Source: a virus. Taken from it: a DNA stretch of 64,000 nt. Below are positions 1-9,171 of this stretch, one piece after another. Position 1 is the first letter of the stretch, and every line of letters starts with the position of its first letter. The notes beneath the pieces were generated by a model. That model was not told the DNA's origin. It saw nothing but the letters and a program-made list of their open reading frames with translations, and made no database searches. The stretch is taken from positions 1 through 64,000 of IMG/VR virus record IMGVR_UViG_3300048930_000409. One strand, written 5' to 3'. Made by a program: the position numbers and the translations under genes.

Positions 1-19
1 GCGGTTAAATAGGTTACTA

Positions 20-35
20 CGTTCCACGTGGAACA
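20..35. promoter_or_regulatory. parS-like palindrome (copy 1)
   Basis: cGTTCCACGTGGAACA; 14-bp perfect palindrome matching the bacterial ParB/Spo0J parS consensus. Confidence 0.8.
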
Positions 36-60
36 ATCGGTGTGGTACGGATGAGGTGGA

Positions 61-76
61 TGTTCCACGTGGAACA
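61..76. promoter_or_regulatory. parS-like palindrome (copy 2)
   Basis: TGTTCCACGTGGAACA, perfect 16-bp palindrome, 41 bp from copy 1. Confidence 0.85.
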
Positions 77-223
77 ATGATGGGTAGGGCTTGTTCTGCA
101 GAAGCTGCCTGACCATCCGTGTTGGCAACCCACCCCCACCCCCTCCCCCACCTAAATACTTCCCTTCCCACGGAATCCCCGAGTCGTCCGGGCCGCGGAC
201 TGGACCCCCCATCCCCTATCGAG

Positions 224-252
224 TTGACATCCCCATCCCTGCGGGGCATGAT
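224..252 (+). promoter_or_regulatory. sigma70-like promoter, probably giving a leaderless transcript
   Basis: TTGACA-17 bp-CATGAT; ATG at 259 lies 6 nt after the -10. Confidence 0.7.
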
Positions 253-258
253 GGCCGC

Positions 259-387
259 ATGCCGACCCATCGACCCCTGCGCCCACTGGCCCCACCGCCC
301 GGCACGCTGACCCTGGCGACGTATGCCCTCGTGCTCTGCGCCGCGCCCCTCGTGCTGGGCTACCTGATCCTCCTGCTCTGGAGCTGA
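259..387 (+). CDS. small membrane protein
   Basis: MPTHRP...; hydrophobic C-terminal segment; directly after promoter. Confidence 0.5.
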   Translation: MPTHRPLRPLAPPPGTLTLATYALVLCAAPLVLGYLILLLWS

Positions 388-392
388 ATCCG

Positions 393-587
393 ATGCCCCC
401 ACACACGCCCGAGACGCGCCTGACCCTGGCGGATGATGAAAGTCAGCCCACGCCCGCCCCGAAACAGCACCGCCTGGAACCGCAACGCCCCGACCTCGGC
501 GACGCCCCACAGCCCGCCGACGCAGCCGTGCCTCCCTCCCCGTCCGCCACGCAGCACCCCCTCCCCGTCAGCAGCGCACAGCCATGA
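393..587 (+). CDS. hypothetical protein
   Basis: ORF coupled (ATGA) to next gene. Confidence 0.45.
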   Translation: MPPHTPETRLTLADDESQPTPAPKQHRLEPQRPDLGDAPQPADAAVPPSPSATQHPLPVSSAQP

Positions 588-1003
588 GCGAATGCGACCA
601 CACGCAGGCCCGCAGCACCCGCCCCGCAGCCGAGGCGCAGGAGCTGTTCACGCAGCCCCTCCCCGCCGACGGCAGCGCCGCCCCGCCGCAGGCCCTGCGC
701 GCCACGCCGCAGCCCCCAGACTTTACGTTTGTCAGCACCGGCCTCCACCAGGGCGAGGCCACCCTGCACGGCCAGCCCATGCGGGACCTTGCCTATCTGG
801 AAGTTTCGGACGGCGTCGACCAGCACCCCCAAGTCACCCTCACACTGCGCCCACGGGCGGGGATGTCCCTGGTCCTACCCCATGCGGGCGTGACGGTCCT
901 CTTGCAAACGATGCCTGGCTACAAGATTGTGAGCGTCGACCACCCCGACCGGGCAGAGACCACGTGGACGGCGGAGCGCATCGCGCCCGACGCGCCCGAG
1001 TGA
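584..1003 (+). CDS. hypothetical protein
   Basis: 139-aa ORF, GC3-rich codons. Confidence 0.6.
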   Translation: MSECDHTQARSTRPAAEAQELFTQPLPADGSAAPPQALRATPQPPDFTFVSTGLHQGEATLHGQPMRDLAYLEVSDGVDQHPQVTLTLRPRAGMSLVLPHAGVTVLLQTMPGYKIVSVDHPDRAETTWTAERIAPDAPE

Positions 1004-1004
1004 A

Positions 1005-1322
1005 TCAGTATTCGTGCCGGGCGATTTGCGCGAGCACCGACGCCACCGTCGGGCCGTAGAAATACGGCGTGCCGACGGAATTGACGTCCGAGCACGAGGC
1101 ATAGGACGCCCGCCACCCGCCGTAATCGAGGCGTTCGAGGACGAGCATTTCCCGGTTGGCGAACGCGGCGCCCCGGTCTTCGTTGACGTCCCCGAACCCG
1201 ATGGTCTCGGCGGTGCCCTCGGCGTCGACGTTGACGCCCTCGCCCACCGGGTACATCGAGGCCATGTGGGCGCACACGCCCTTCAATTCGAGGATATCGT
1301 CGTCATTCAGGAAATCCGCCAT
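1005..1322 (-). CDS. hypothetical early protein (only - strand gene seen in the early region)
   Basis: ATG at 1322 preceded by GGAG-loop SD hairpin (1327-1340) and TACAAT -10 (1373-1378). Confidence 0.65.
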   Translation of the reverse strand: MADFLNDDDILELKGVCAHMASMYPVGEGVNVDAEGTAETIGFGDVNEDRGAAFANREMLVLERLDYGGWRASYASCSDVNSVGTPYFYGPTVASVLAQIARHEY

Positions 1323-1543
1323 TGTCGTTCCCTCCGGAACCGGGGTCGCGTCCATCGCCGCCCCGCCCGTCGATTGTATCAACCAGTGCGCCCCTCCGCG
1401 CTTGAAAAGGCCCTCGAGAGTGGCCGAGCGAAAGCTGCATTCCCCACACTCTGGAGATGGAATCGAGCCCCGAGGCGTCCACTGCGCGATATCATCGGAA
1501 CGCGGGCGCCGAATGATGGCGGCCCACGGTCCCGGAGGGGAAC

Positions 1544-1891
1544 ATGTCAGAGGCCCGAATTTTCTCGTACATGGTGGTGCGTGCCATCACGGTCGAACCG
1601 GATGTCTACGTCACGATGCAAGTCTGGCGCGGCGTGGCCGACGTCACGGAAGGCTCCAGCTCGACCCCGGATGACGCCCCGGCGCGGGCTCGCGCCATCG
1701 AGGATGCCATCGCCACATGGACGCATCGCTCGCGTACGGGCAACGCGACGTTCGTCGAAGTGCGGCACGTCATTCTGGAAATCTACCCCGACGGGCACAC
1801 GGACATCGTGGAATCCTATTCCGAGTTCGTGGTCGGCGGGATGCACCTCGAAAACAAGCTGCCCGCCCTCGACGCGCGGTATCGCTCGTAA
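1544..1891 (+). CDS. hypothetical early protein
   Basis: SD hairpin tcccGGAGggga at 1530-1541; TATCAT -10 upstream. Confidence 0.7.
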   Translation: MSEARIFSYMVVRAITVEPDVYVTMQVWRGVADVTEGSSSTPDDAPARARAIEDAIATWTHRSRTGNATFVEVRHVILEIYPDGHTDIVESYSEFVVGGMHLENKLPALDARYRS

Positions 1892-2054
1892 CGCCCCGAC
1901 CCGAGGCCCCTACGGGGGCCTTGGCTTCCGCGTCACGCACCCAGGCAAAGCTTTGCCACCCCCATGAAAACAGAGGCGAAAGCCGACGTCTCCGTTGATA
2001 CAATGGGGGCCACGGCGCCGCCATCGGCGCCCGACATCCCGGAGGGGATACATC

Positions 2055-2471
2055 ATGGAGTTCACCACCGCCGTTTGCACCGCCTGTCTCGCCGAGTTCG
2101 ACGAACCGCTCGCCGACTCCGCGGGCGACACGCACCTTTGCCCGGCGTGCAACGGGCACGAGATTGACGGCACCGAGCCGAGCGTCCCGCCCACCTACCG
2201 CCACGTCAACGCGTACGAGGTCGGCCGATGCTACGGCGGGCCGGAGGAAGGCGGATGGTGGTACGACGCGGGCACGCCGCTCGGGAGCATCATGGTGGAG
2301 AACATCCCCGAGAACATCGAGGCCGGCAAAACCCTGTTGCGGGCCGTGTTCGGGCCAGGGTACGAGGGCAACCGCGACCGCCACTCGGCCGCCGGTGAAG
2401 AGAACCTGGAAATCTACGTCGAAGACCACGTCGCCCGCCCGTTCCCCGCGAGCCGCCCCCGGTACGAGTGA
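2055..2471 (+). CDS. phage early protein with N-terminal Zn-ribbon and YGGPEEGGWWY motif
   Basis: CTAC...CPAC; YGGPEEGGWWY recurs in uncharacterised phage proteins; SD hairpin 2036-2049. Confidence 0.7.
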   Translation: MEFTTAVCTACLAEFDEPLADSAGDTHLCPACNGHEIDGTEPSVPPTYRHVNAYEVGRCYGGPEEGGWWYDAGTPLGSIMVENIPENIEAGKTLLRAVFGPGYEGNRDRHSAAGEENLEIYVEDHVARPFPASRPRYE

Positions 2472-2583
2472 CCCACCCCCGGCCGCGCCTTCGGGCGCGG
2501 TCCACCTACACGCAGGGCAGGGAAAGCTCTGCCTGGGCTGGACAGCACCCCAGAAGTCAGCCCCGCAGCCATCGGTTTTACAG

Positions 2584-2612
2584 TGGACCAGTCCATCGCT
2601 GGTCGATATCAT
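2584..2612 (+). promoter_or_regulatory. sigma70-like early promoter
   Basis: TGGACC-17-TATCAT followed by leader hairpin and SD hairpin. Confidence 0.6.
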
Positions 2613-2659
2613 GGGGTGTTGGTTGCGTGGCGCGACCAACGCACCCCGGAGGGGGCGAC

Positions 2660-2965
2660 ATGAGCAAGACGACCGGTTCCTTGGCCCGTACGACGCAGGT
2701 TCACCGTTTCGACAGCACGGAGGCCGCGTACGACGCGTGCCAGTGCGACGACGCGGTGCAGTCGGGTCACATCCTCTGGATTCCGTCCGAGCACGTCGTC
2801 GGCATCGCGGGCACCTGGCCTGTGGCCGTGTCGACTGACCGGGGTGAGCTGCACACCACGACCGACCCCCTGCTGGGAGGCCGCGTGTCGGCCGCCAACA
2901 TCGCCCTCGCGGTGGCCTTCGCGCGGGAACGGGGCCTGTCGGTGCAGCGCGTGTTCGCCGAATAA
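2660..2965 (+). CDS. hypothetical early protein
   Basis: FDSTEAAYDACQC...GTWPVAV; SD hairpin 2644-2655. Confidence 0.7.
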   Translation: MSKTTGSLARTTQVHRFDSTEAAYDACQCDDAVQSGHILWIPSEHVVGIAGTWPVAVSTDRGELHTTTDPLLGGRVSAANIALAVAFARERGLSVQRVFAE

Positions 2966-3045
2966 CGGAGTCGACATCGCGATTCCTGCGTGACATCATC
3001 ATGGGGTCGGCAATCGCGCCGACCCCGTCTCCCGGAGGGGATGAC

Positions 3046-3327
3046 ATGAAGAACGACCATGACCTCCACGTGGCCCGCCGCACGGCCCGCCGCATCCGCA
3101 TGCTGGCCTACGCGTTCGCGTATCAGCGCCGCCAGGGTATTTCCACTCCCATCGTCCGCATCTCTACTATCACGTTCGCGTGTGCGTCGCGGAGCGACCG
3201 CCTGCACGTGTTGGCCCGGATGCGCGGGGCAGGCGTGTACTGCACGCCCTACCGCGATGCCGTCTCCCCGTGGGCCGTGGCGGGCGACATCACGAAGGCT
3301 CGCGCGTTGATGGGCGGTGCGCGATGA
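3046..3327 (+). CDS. hypothetical early protein
   Basis: TCGACA-17-CATCAT promoter; SD hairpin 3030-3041. Confidence 0.6.
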   Translation: MKNDHDLHVARRTARRIRMLAYAFAYQRRQGISTPIVRISTITFACASRSDRLHVLARMRGAGVYCTPYRDAVSPWAVAGDITKARALMGGAR

Positions 3328-3725
3328 AGCTCCCGAGCACCATCGAATTTCAGCCCCGCGAGATGCGCTTCCTGGTGGAGGATTCCGAGCGGGAGGATGA
3401 CGACCGCTTCCTCGCCCTGCCCGCCCGGTACGAGGTGTGCCCCCGGTGCGAGGGGAAAGGCACGCACTGGCACTCGGCGTTCGACGGCGGTATCACGCAG
3501 GAAGATCGCGACCGGGATTGGGATGATGAGTCCTGGGCGGGCCTGATGTCTGGGCGTTACGACGTCCAGTGCGAGGAATGCGAAGGCAAGCGCGTCGTGC
3601 CCGTGCCGGTCGAGTCCCGCACGACGCCCGAGGCCGAGCACGCCTTCCAGCTGTACACGTCCTACCTGGAGGACGAGGCGGACTACGCCGCCGAACGCGC
3701 CATGGAGCGGAGGATGGGATGCTGA
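3324..3725 (+). CDS. DnaJ-type Zn-finger-like phage protein
   Basis: CPRCEGKG ... CEECEGKR. Confidence 0.7.
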   Translation: MKLPSTIEFQPREMRFLVEDSEREDDDRFLALPARYEVCPRCEGKGTHWHSAFDGGITQEDRDRDWDDESWAGLMSGRYDVQCEECEGKRVVPVPVESRTTPEAEHAFQLYTSYLEDEADYAAERAMERRMGC

Positions 3726-3937
3726 TCACACACCGAGAAATCAACCTGTTGAGGCGCATTTTTCTCTACAAACCCGACCGGTTTGTCTTCGAGATCTACC
3801 GGGGCCGCGTCCTCGTCACGGCCATCGCGCCCACGTGGCGCAGCTGCTGGGAGTGGAACCCCGACCCGATGTACCCGAACGGCGGGTACTGGCGCCCCGG
3901 CGGCGTCCGCGACCTCGAGGCCGCCGTCAATGACTGA
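3719..3937 (+). CDS. hypothetical protein
   Basis: overlapping chain of small ORFs. Confidence 0.5.
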   Translation: MLITHREINLLRRIFLYKPDRFVFEIYRGRVLVTAIAPTWRSCWEWNPDPMYPNGGYWRPGGVRDLEAAVND

Positions 3938-3946
3938 GAGGCTCGC

Positions 3947-4198
3947 ATGAGCAGCGATGGAAAGTGGTTAGCGGGCGCCGCCCTGGTCGTCTCCGTATTC
4001 ACATCCGTAGGCTTCTACAAAGCCTGCGAGTTTCGCGAGAGGGAAGCGGCGCGGCGCTACCGGTGTGTCACGCCGACGCAGACGTTCGAGCACGTCCAGG
4101 TCGGCTACACCTCCCACGGGTCGTGGCTTCTCATTCAAGACAACGGTCTTGAAATCAGAGGCTCCGGCCCCCTGTCCTGCACGGAGATTCTGCCATGA
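3947..4198 (+). CDS. membrane-anchored hypothetical protein
   Basis: N-terminal hydrophobic segment. Confidence 0.55.
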   Translation: MSSDGKWLAGAALVVSVFTSVGFYKACEFREREAARRYRCVTPTQTFEHVQVGYTSHGSWLLIQDNGLEIRGSGPLSCTEILP

Positions 4199-4410
4199 AC
4201 ACCCACGACTACGAAGTCTTGGCCGAGGCGTTCGGCCTCTCGCTGGCCGATACCGCCGACGACACCGCCCGCAGCACCGTGCTGCGTGTGCTTGGCAACG
4301 TGACACGCATGCTGACCGAGACCTACCCCCGATTCCGGCAGGGGAACTTCGTGGGGCAGGTCTACGAAAACGAAGTTCTGATCCGACGACGGAGGTTGTC
4401 CCAGTCATGA
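4195..4410 (+). CDS. hypothetical protein
   Basis: ATGA-coupled on both sides. Confidence 0.6.
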   Translation: MNTHDYEVLAEAFGLSLADTADDTARSTVLRVLGNVTRMLTETYPRFRQGNFVGQVYENEVLIRRRRLSQS

Positions 4411-4670
4411 GCACCATCAAGGAACGCAACACGCGCACGGCCCTCGTGTCGCTGTTTCCCTCGGACGCGCAGATCGTCGAGGCCCGCGCCGTCGTCACGG
4501 ACAACGTCCTGACGTGCCTGCGCATCGAGGCCGTCGACACGGACGCGGACCAAGTCCGTCACTTGATCGACATCGGATCGCTGTCCAACCTCAACGCCCT
4601 GATCGGCGGCCTCGTGGCGTTGCGCGACCACGTCCAGCTGATGGGACCGGATGACCTGGAGGAAAAGTGA
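4407..4670 (+). CDS. hypothetical protein
   Basis: ATGA coupling; gacgacGGAGgttgtc hairpin at 4385-4400. Confidence 0.6.
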   Translation: MSTIKERNTRTALVSLFPSDAQIVEARAVVTDNVLTCLRIEAVDTDADQVRHLIDIGSLSNLNALIGGLVALRDHVQLMGPDDLEEK

Positions 4671-4915
4671 CCGAAATCGCGATGGCATCGCTCACGCTAC
4701 TGACGATTGTCTGCGCACATGAAACCTACCGTGTCTACCGGAGGCACCGCGCGTTCGCCGCCGTCATGAAGCTGGGACGGGTGTGGCTTTTCCTCGAGCA
4801 CTCGCGGGGCCGAGTGATTGCAGGCACGCCCCGTGATGCAGAGCTCCGCGATGCCCAGAACATCATCCTCGCTGCGCGGGCATTCGCCTTGTCTGAACTG
4901 GAGAGGTACCTGTGA
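4667..4915 (+). CDS. hypothetical protein
   Basis: GTGA-coupled ORF. Confidence 0.55.
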   Translation: MTEIAMASLTLLTIVCAHETYRVYRRHRAFAAVMKLGRVWLFLEHSRGRVIAGTPRDAELRDAQNIILAARAFALSELERYL

Positions 4916-5421
4916 ACTTCGACGACTACAACGCCGTCCGGCAGATGGCTCGCGAGCAGTTCAACTATTTCGAGCGAGACCAGCACAACGTCGCGCTGTC
5001 CGCCGCCATCGGTCACTTCCAGAGCGTCGTCAAAGATCTGGAAGACATTCGGGACGCGGTCCAGAAAGGGACCATGGAAGATTGGTCAGTCTACCAGCAT
5101 GTACAGTGGGCCTTCGAGCGCATCCATGGCCGCCGGCCCGCGAATACAGGCGACATGCGCCGGACTGTCAACGATGATGGGCGTACGGCGCCGATACCGG
5201 CCGCCAGTTACGGTTCGGAGGAACCGCCCATGCTCGCCAACGCCCCCGGCAAACTGTACCTGACCGTGGCCCCCGACGGTACCGTCTCCTTGTGGGACGC
5301 GCTCGAAACCGCCAACCACGCGCTCAGGGAAGCCCTGTGCATCCTCCCGCTCACGGATGAGCAGATGGCCGAGCTGCGCCGCGCCCACGCCATCGCCAAG
5401 GCCAAGGTCGAACCGAGATGA
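4912..5421 (+). CDS. hypothetical protein
   Basis: GTGA-coupled 169-aa ORF with SD. Confidence 0.65.
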   Translation: MNFDDYNAVRQMAREQFNYFERDQHNVALSAAIGHFQSVVKDLEDIRDAVQKGTMEDWSVYQHVQWAFERIHGRRPANTGDMRRTVNDDGRTAPIPAASYGSEEPPMLANAPGKLYLTVAPDGTVSLWDALETANHALREALCILPLTDEQMAELRRAHAIAKAKVEPR

Positions 5422-5744
5422 TTACCATCCAGACACGCATCACCTTCACCGCGCCCGAAGTGGAGATGATCCACGCGCACGCCAACGCTGTCTGGGCCTA
5501 CATCGCGGGCGACTGTCTCGCTGGGTTGCGGGACATGGGCAGCAAGCGTACCTACATGACGCGGGCCGAAGTCCTGGACATGGTCCTGGACGCCGACCGC
5601 ATCGAAGAATCCATGCGCGGATTCATGCGCGACTGGGAACCGCGCCGTCGGGATGATTTCTTCGCTCGGTGGAACATCCTGGACTACAAGGCCCGCATCC
5701 GCCTGGTCACGCCCGCGTTCCCGCATCTGCGCTACGGCATGTGA
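5418..5744 (+). CDS. hypothetical protein
   Basis: ATGA-coupled ORF. Confidence 0.65.
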   Translation: MITIQTRITFTAPEVEMIHAHANAVWAYIAGDCLAGLRDMGSKRTYMTRAEVLDMVLDADRIEESMRGFMRDWEPRRRDDFFARWNILDYKARIRLVTPAFPHLRYGM

Positions 5745-5751
5745 CCAACCG

Positions 5752-5830
5752 TCTGCAGGGCCCTGCAGGGCCCGAACGGCACCGGGGACGGGTCACGGCA
5801 TGGCCCGACCCCATATCGCGTCCTGCAGGG
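5752..5830. repeat. CTGCAG-bounded dispersed intergenic element
   Basis: CCTGCAGG ends; reverse strand shares ggggtc(g/c)ggccat(g/a)cc core with the copy at 57.8 kb. Confidence 0.55.
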
Positions 5831-5847
5831 GCGTGGAGGACCAAAGA

Positions 5848-6111
5848 ATGGCCATCGAAGACGCATACCACGTGTGTATCGACACCACCGGCACCGAGGG
5901 CACCGATGCCTATGCCGTGTGGCTGTGCAAGTACGAAGACGACCTCGACGACCGCAACGACCACCCCGGCGACATGCAGTTCTCGTTCATCGTCCATACC
6001 GCGCCGACCCGATGGGAAGCGATGCAGTATGTCGACGAACACTTCCCCAAGGCCGCCATCCGCTTCGTTCGCGAAGCCGACCGTCCCGGCCCGCGCGAGC
6101 TGCACACATGA
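5848..6111 (+). CDS. hypothetical protein
   Basis: GGAGG SD, acidic protein. Confidence 0.6.
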   Translation: MAIEDAYHVCIDTTGTEGTDAYAVWLCKYEDDLDDRNDHPGDMQFSFIVHTAPTRWEAMQYVDEHFPKAAIRFVREADRPGPRELHT

Positions 6112-6365
6112 TGACGGCCCTGCACGCTGACCGCCTGATGCTCCACATCCTGGTGACCTTTGTCTGGGCGCTGTGGCTGTCCCTGTTGTCCGAGGACATC
6201 GTCGCCGCTGGACGAACCCAGCGCCAGTACGAAGCCACGCGCACGCCACTGCCGCGCTTCTACGGGACGTATCGCTTGGCGATGATGTTCCTGATGCTGT
6301 ACTCGTTCCTGGCCTATGCCTGGTACTGGTACCGGGTGTGGACGACCCCGAATTTTCCAGTGTAA
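6108..6365 (+). CDS. two-TM membrane protein
   Basis: two hydrophobic segments. Confidence 0.6.
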   Translation: MMTALHADRLMLHILVTFVWALWLSLLSEDIVAAGRTQRQYEATRTPLPRFYGTYRLAMMFLMLYSFLAYAWYWYRVWTTPNFPV

Positions 6366-6430
6366 CAGGCCATCACTGCATGGCATGATGGGTGGGTCGG
6401 CGATGATGCCGACCCGCCGTCCCGGAGGGG

Positions 6431-6703
6431 ATGATGCTGACCTACTTCCAGTGCGAGTTCGCCCACTACGGCACCGTCGTCAAAGTGCATGTCGACCTCA
6501 AATCACACGAGGCGACCTACCTGGTGCTCCATCAGGGCGTCATCGTTCAGCACGGCCCCATCCACGCCCTCGTCCCTGGCACGACCTGGCGCGAGGTCGC
6601 CACCCCCGAACAGGTCCGTGACCTGATCCGTGCCCGCATCGAGGGCATTCACTTCTCCGCCCAGCTGCTGACGTCCCTGTCCACCCACACCGTAGGAGTG
6701 TAG
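6431..6703 (+). CDS. hypothetical early protein
   Basis: CATGAT -10, leader hairpin, SD hairpin 6420-6431 (start may be 6434). Confidence 0.65.
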   Translation: MMLTYFQCEFAHYGTVVKVHVDLKSHEATYLVLHQGVIVQHGPIHALVPGTTWREVATPEQVRDLIRARIEGIHFSAQLLTSLSTHTVGV

Positions 6704-6704
6704 C

Positions 6705-7220
6705 ATGCCGATCAAGAAGGCTCGATTCACCGCACACGTGATGCTGACGCTGGAAGTCCCCGCGATCCCCCGCGGGTCCATAGTGGCCGACCCCGCGCTC
6801 GCTGCGCGTATCGGGAAGGCGCTCGACAACTACCTCGACGAGCTGCGCGGACAGGACCTCATCCTCTTCCGAGCGCTGATGTCCACGGGGCCTGGCGCCG
6901 ACACTGTCGGCGTGCGCTTGGCCGGCGCCGAGGTCACGAACGCGTACGTCGGCAGCCCCGGCGACCAGGACGAATCCGAGGACGATGAGCCTGCCAAGCG
7001 CCAGGAGCCTGACGTGCCCGCCCTGGCCCCCTACGACCAACACATCGCGCGGATGGCGATGATGGAGTACGTCAAGGGCCTGTCGTTGGACACCGAACCT
7101 CTCAACGAGGAAGAAGCCAGCCGCGTCGCGGCCCACAGCATCCGGTTGGGACAGATCTACGCGCACTACGCGATGCGGCGCCCCATCTACTCCCCCTACG
7201 CGCGGAGAACCCGGTCGTGA
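6705..7220 (+). CDS. hypothetical protein
   Basis: AGGAG SD; 171 aa. Confidence 0.65.
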   Translation: MPIKKARFTAHVMLTLEVPAIPRGSIVADPALAARIGKALDNYLDELRGQDLILFRALMSTGPGADTVGVRLAGAEVTNAYVGSPGDQDESEDDEPAKRQEPDVPALAPYDQHIARMAMMEYVKGLSLDTEPLNEEEASRVAAHSIRLGQIYAHYAMRRPIYSPYARRTRS

Positions 7221-7576
7221 ACCGCCGCAATTTCTTGACTGGTGTCATCGTCTCGGCTGCGGCCGGGGCGGTGACGCTTGCCACGGACGAGGAAGTCTCC
7301 GCATTCGGCACGGGCACGCCCGCCCGGCTGACGCCCAAGCCAGAGCTGTCCCCCGGTCTCGTCACTGGCCCCATCGACCCGGCGCTCTACGTCCAGACCA
7401 CGGACGGGCGCTACGTGGAGGTCGGCCTGATCCGAGACATCCTGATCTCGAGTGAGCCAGGCAGAGCGATGTCCGTCGAGGGCACGTTCATGTCTTGGGG
7501 GGCGCCGGACCCCTTGCTGCTCCGCGCGTTGATGGGCGAATTTCCAAGTGGACGACGGTTTCACTGGCGCCCATAA
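7217..7576 (+). CDS. protein with twin-arginine-like N-terminus
   Basis: MNRRNFLTGVIVSAAAGAVTLA. Confidence 0.6.
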   Translation: MNRRNFLTGVIVSAAAGAVTLATDEEVSAFGTGTPARLTPKPELSPGLVTGPIDPALYVQTTDGRYVEVGLIRDILISSEPGRAMSVEGTFMSWGAPDPLLLRALMGEFPSGRRFHWRP

Positions 7577-7631
7577 TGGTTGATGTCGGGGGCGGGCATG
7601 GTGCTTGCCCCCACCACGGTTCGGAGGAACC

Positions 7632-7853
7632 ATGGCTGGCTCACCGTACACCCCGCATGACATCCCTCGGGAACAGATCATGTCGGACGCGCTCGAAGCG
7701 TTCGAGCATGACTGGACTCACGTCCGTGCTGCGATGCGCGAACGGCGCAACGACCAGGAGTGGTCCGCAGAGTACCGCGCCGCCTACGCCTCGTGCATGT
7801 ACGATGGCGACCGTTTCATCAAGCGTCTTCAGGATCTGTCCCGTGCCCTCTAA
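7632..7853 (+). CDS. hypothetical early protein
   Basis: SD hairpin ggttcGGAGgaacc 7618-7631. Confidence 0.65.
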   Translation: MAGSPYTPHDIPREQIMSDALEAFEHDWTHVRAAMRERRNDQEWSAEYRAAYASCMYDGDRFIKRLQDLSRAL

Positions 7854-8064
7854 GACGCCCCGCGCCCAAGCTCCCATCGTCGACGACGCGGGCCGTCGAC
7901 TCCGTCGCCAGTCCATCTACTCGGCCATGCACCCCGAGGCCCGCAAGGCCTTCAACGCTCTCGCCAAGCAGCACAACGTCTCGCGGTCATGGCTGGCCGC
8001 CTTCGCCATCGAAACCTTCCTGTACGGGGAAGGCAACACCTACGCCGAGGACCCCAATGCCTAA
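7843..8064 (+). CDS. ribbon-helix-helix DNA-binding protein
   Basis: RRQSIYSAMHPEARKAFNALAKQHNVSRSWLAAFAIETFL fits the CopG/Arc pattern. Confidence 0.6.
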   Translation: MPSKTPRAQAPIVDDAGRRLRRQSIYSAMHPEARKAFNALAKQHNVSRSWLAAFAIETFLYGEGNTYAEDPNA

Positions 8065-8644
8065 CCTCACGCCAGAAGGACGCGAACGCTTGCTGGCGTT
8101 CGCCGACGACCTCACCGCTCAGGCCGACCGCTTCGACATGCATGCCTGGATCGGCGCCCGCGACTTCACGAAAGTTCTCTCCGAGTCGGCACCGGGGGAG
8201 CACGGCACGGTTGAAGCCTGCGGTACGACGTGCTGCATCGCGGGCGGTATCGTGCTGCATCACCGAGGCCTGTCCCCAGGAGACATCGACAAGATGCTGA
8301 TCACTCTGCCGTACTATGGCTACAAGCTCGACGGAACGCCGCGCGTGTCGCGCGCCGCGTACGGGGAGCGTCTCGCCCGGCTTCTGGGATTCTCTTCCTG
8401 GGAGGATGAGGCTGCGAGGCTGTTGTTCACAGACGCCGCTGACGGCGACATCGACGTCGAGATACGCAACCACCGGCTGGCCAACCGCCTGTTCCACGTC
8501 GACAACTGGCCGCCCGAGTACGGCAAGCGGTACGAAACCCTCGGCCCCGAGCGTCCTGTCGCTCGGGCCGAAGTAGCGGCAGACTACATCCGCCACTACG
8601 TCGCCGTCGATGGCGAGACCTGGGACCTGGACGGCGACGCGTAG
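8057..8644 (+). CDS. CGTxxC-motif phage protein (paralog A)
   Basis: FDM..W...CGTTCCIAG; LFHVDNWP. Confidence 0.7.
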   Translation: MPNLTPEGRERLLAFADDLTAQADRFDMHAWIGARDFTKVLSESAPGEHGTVEACGTTCCIAGGIVLHHRGLSPGDIDKMLITLPYYGYKLDGTPRVSRAAYGERLARLLGFSSWEDEAARLLFTDAADGDIDVEIRNHRLANRLFHVDNWPPEYGKRYETLGPERPVARAEVAADYIRHYVAVDGETWDLDGDA

Positions 8645-8861
8645 CGCCGCCCTGTAGGACACGCGGGTCCGGGGCCGCCCCGGTCCCCGACCCGCGACCC
8701 GTTCGGGGCTTGTAGGGCCGCGCAGGCGCCCCCAGGAGGCCCCTCCCGGGGCCGCATGCGGGACCACACCCGCCCACATTATCAAGTGGACCAAGGATTC
8801 CTGATCGACGATGATACATGGGTCGGCGGGAATGGCCCGCTGACATGCATCGGAGGATGCC

Positions 8862-9170
8862 ATGGTACGAGTAGTGCTGCAGTCCGACGGCGAACCTGCC
8901 ACCTTCGGACAGTTGATGTTCGGTGCGGAGTTCGTCAAGCACGTCCGGGGCAACAAGCCCGGACAGATGACGGTGACGTCTCTGGATGACCACGGACACC
9001 CTACGGTCCTGTTCGCTATGGACGTCGAGGATGTCGTGTGCGATGGTTGCAACACGGTCGTCGCGCCGCACGATCCCTGCCTGCTGGCGTACAACCGGCT
9101 GTCGTGCTGGACCTGCGCGACGCGGTACTTCCTGGGCTCCCTGGTGCCCACCCTCACGGAGGCCGAGTAG
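8862..9170 (+). CDS. Zn-finger-like hypothetical protein
   Basis: CDGC...CWTC; TGGACC-17-GATGAT promoter; SD hairpin 8847-8860. Confidence 0.7.
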   Translation: MVRVVLQSDGEPATFGQLMFGAEFVKHVRGNKPGQMTVTSLDDHGHPTVLFAMDVEDVVCDGCNTVVAPHDPCLLAYNRLSCWTCATRYFLGSLVPTLTEAE

Positions 9171-9171
9171 C

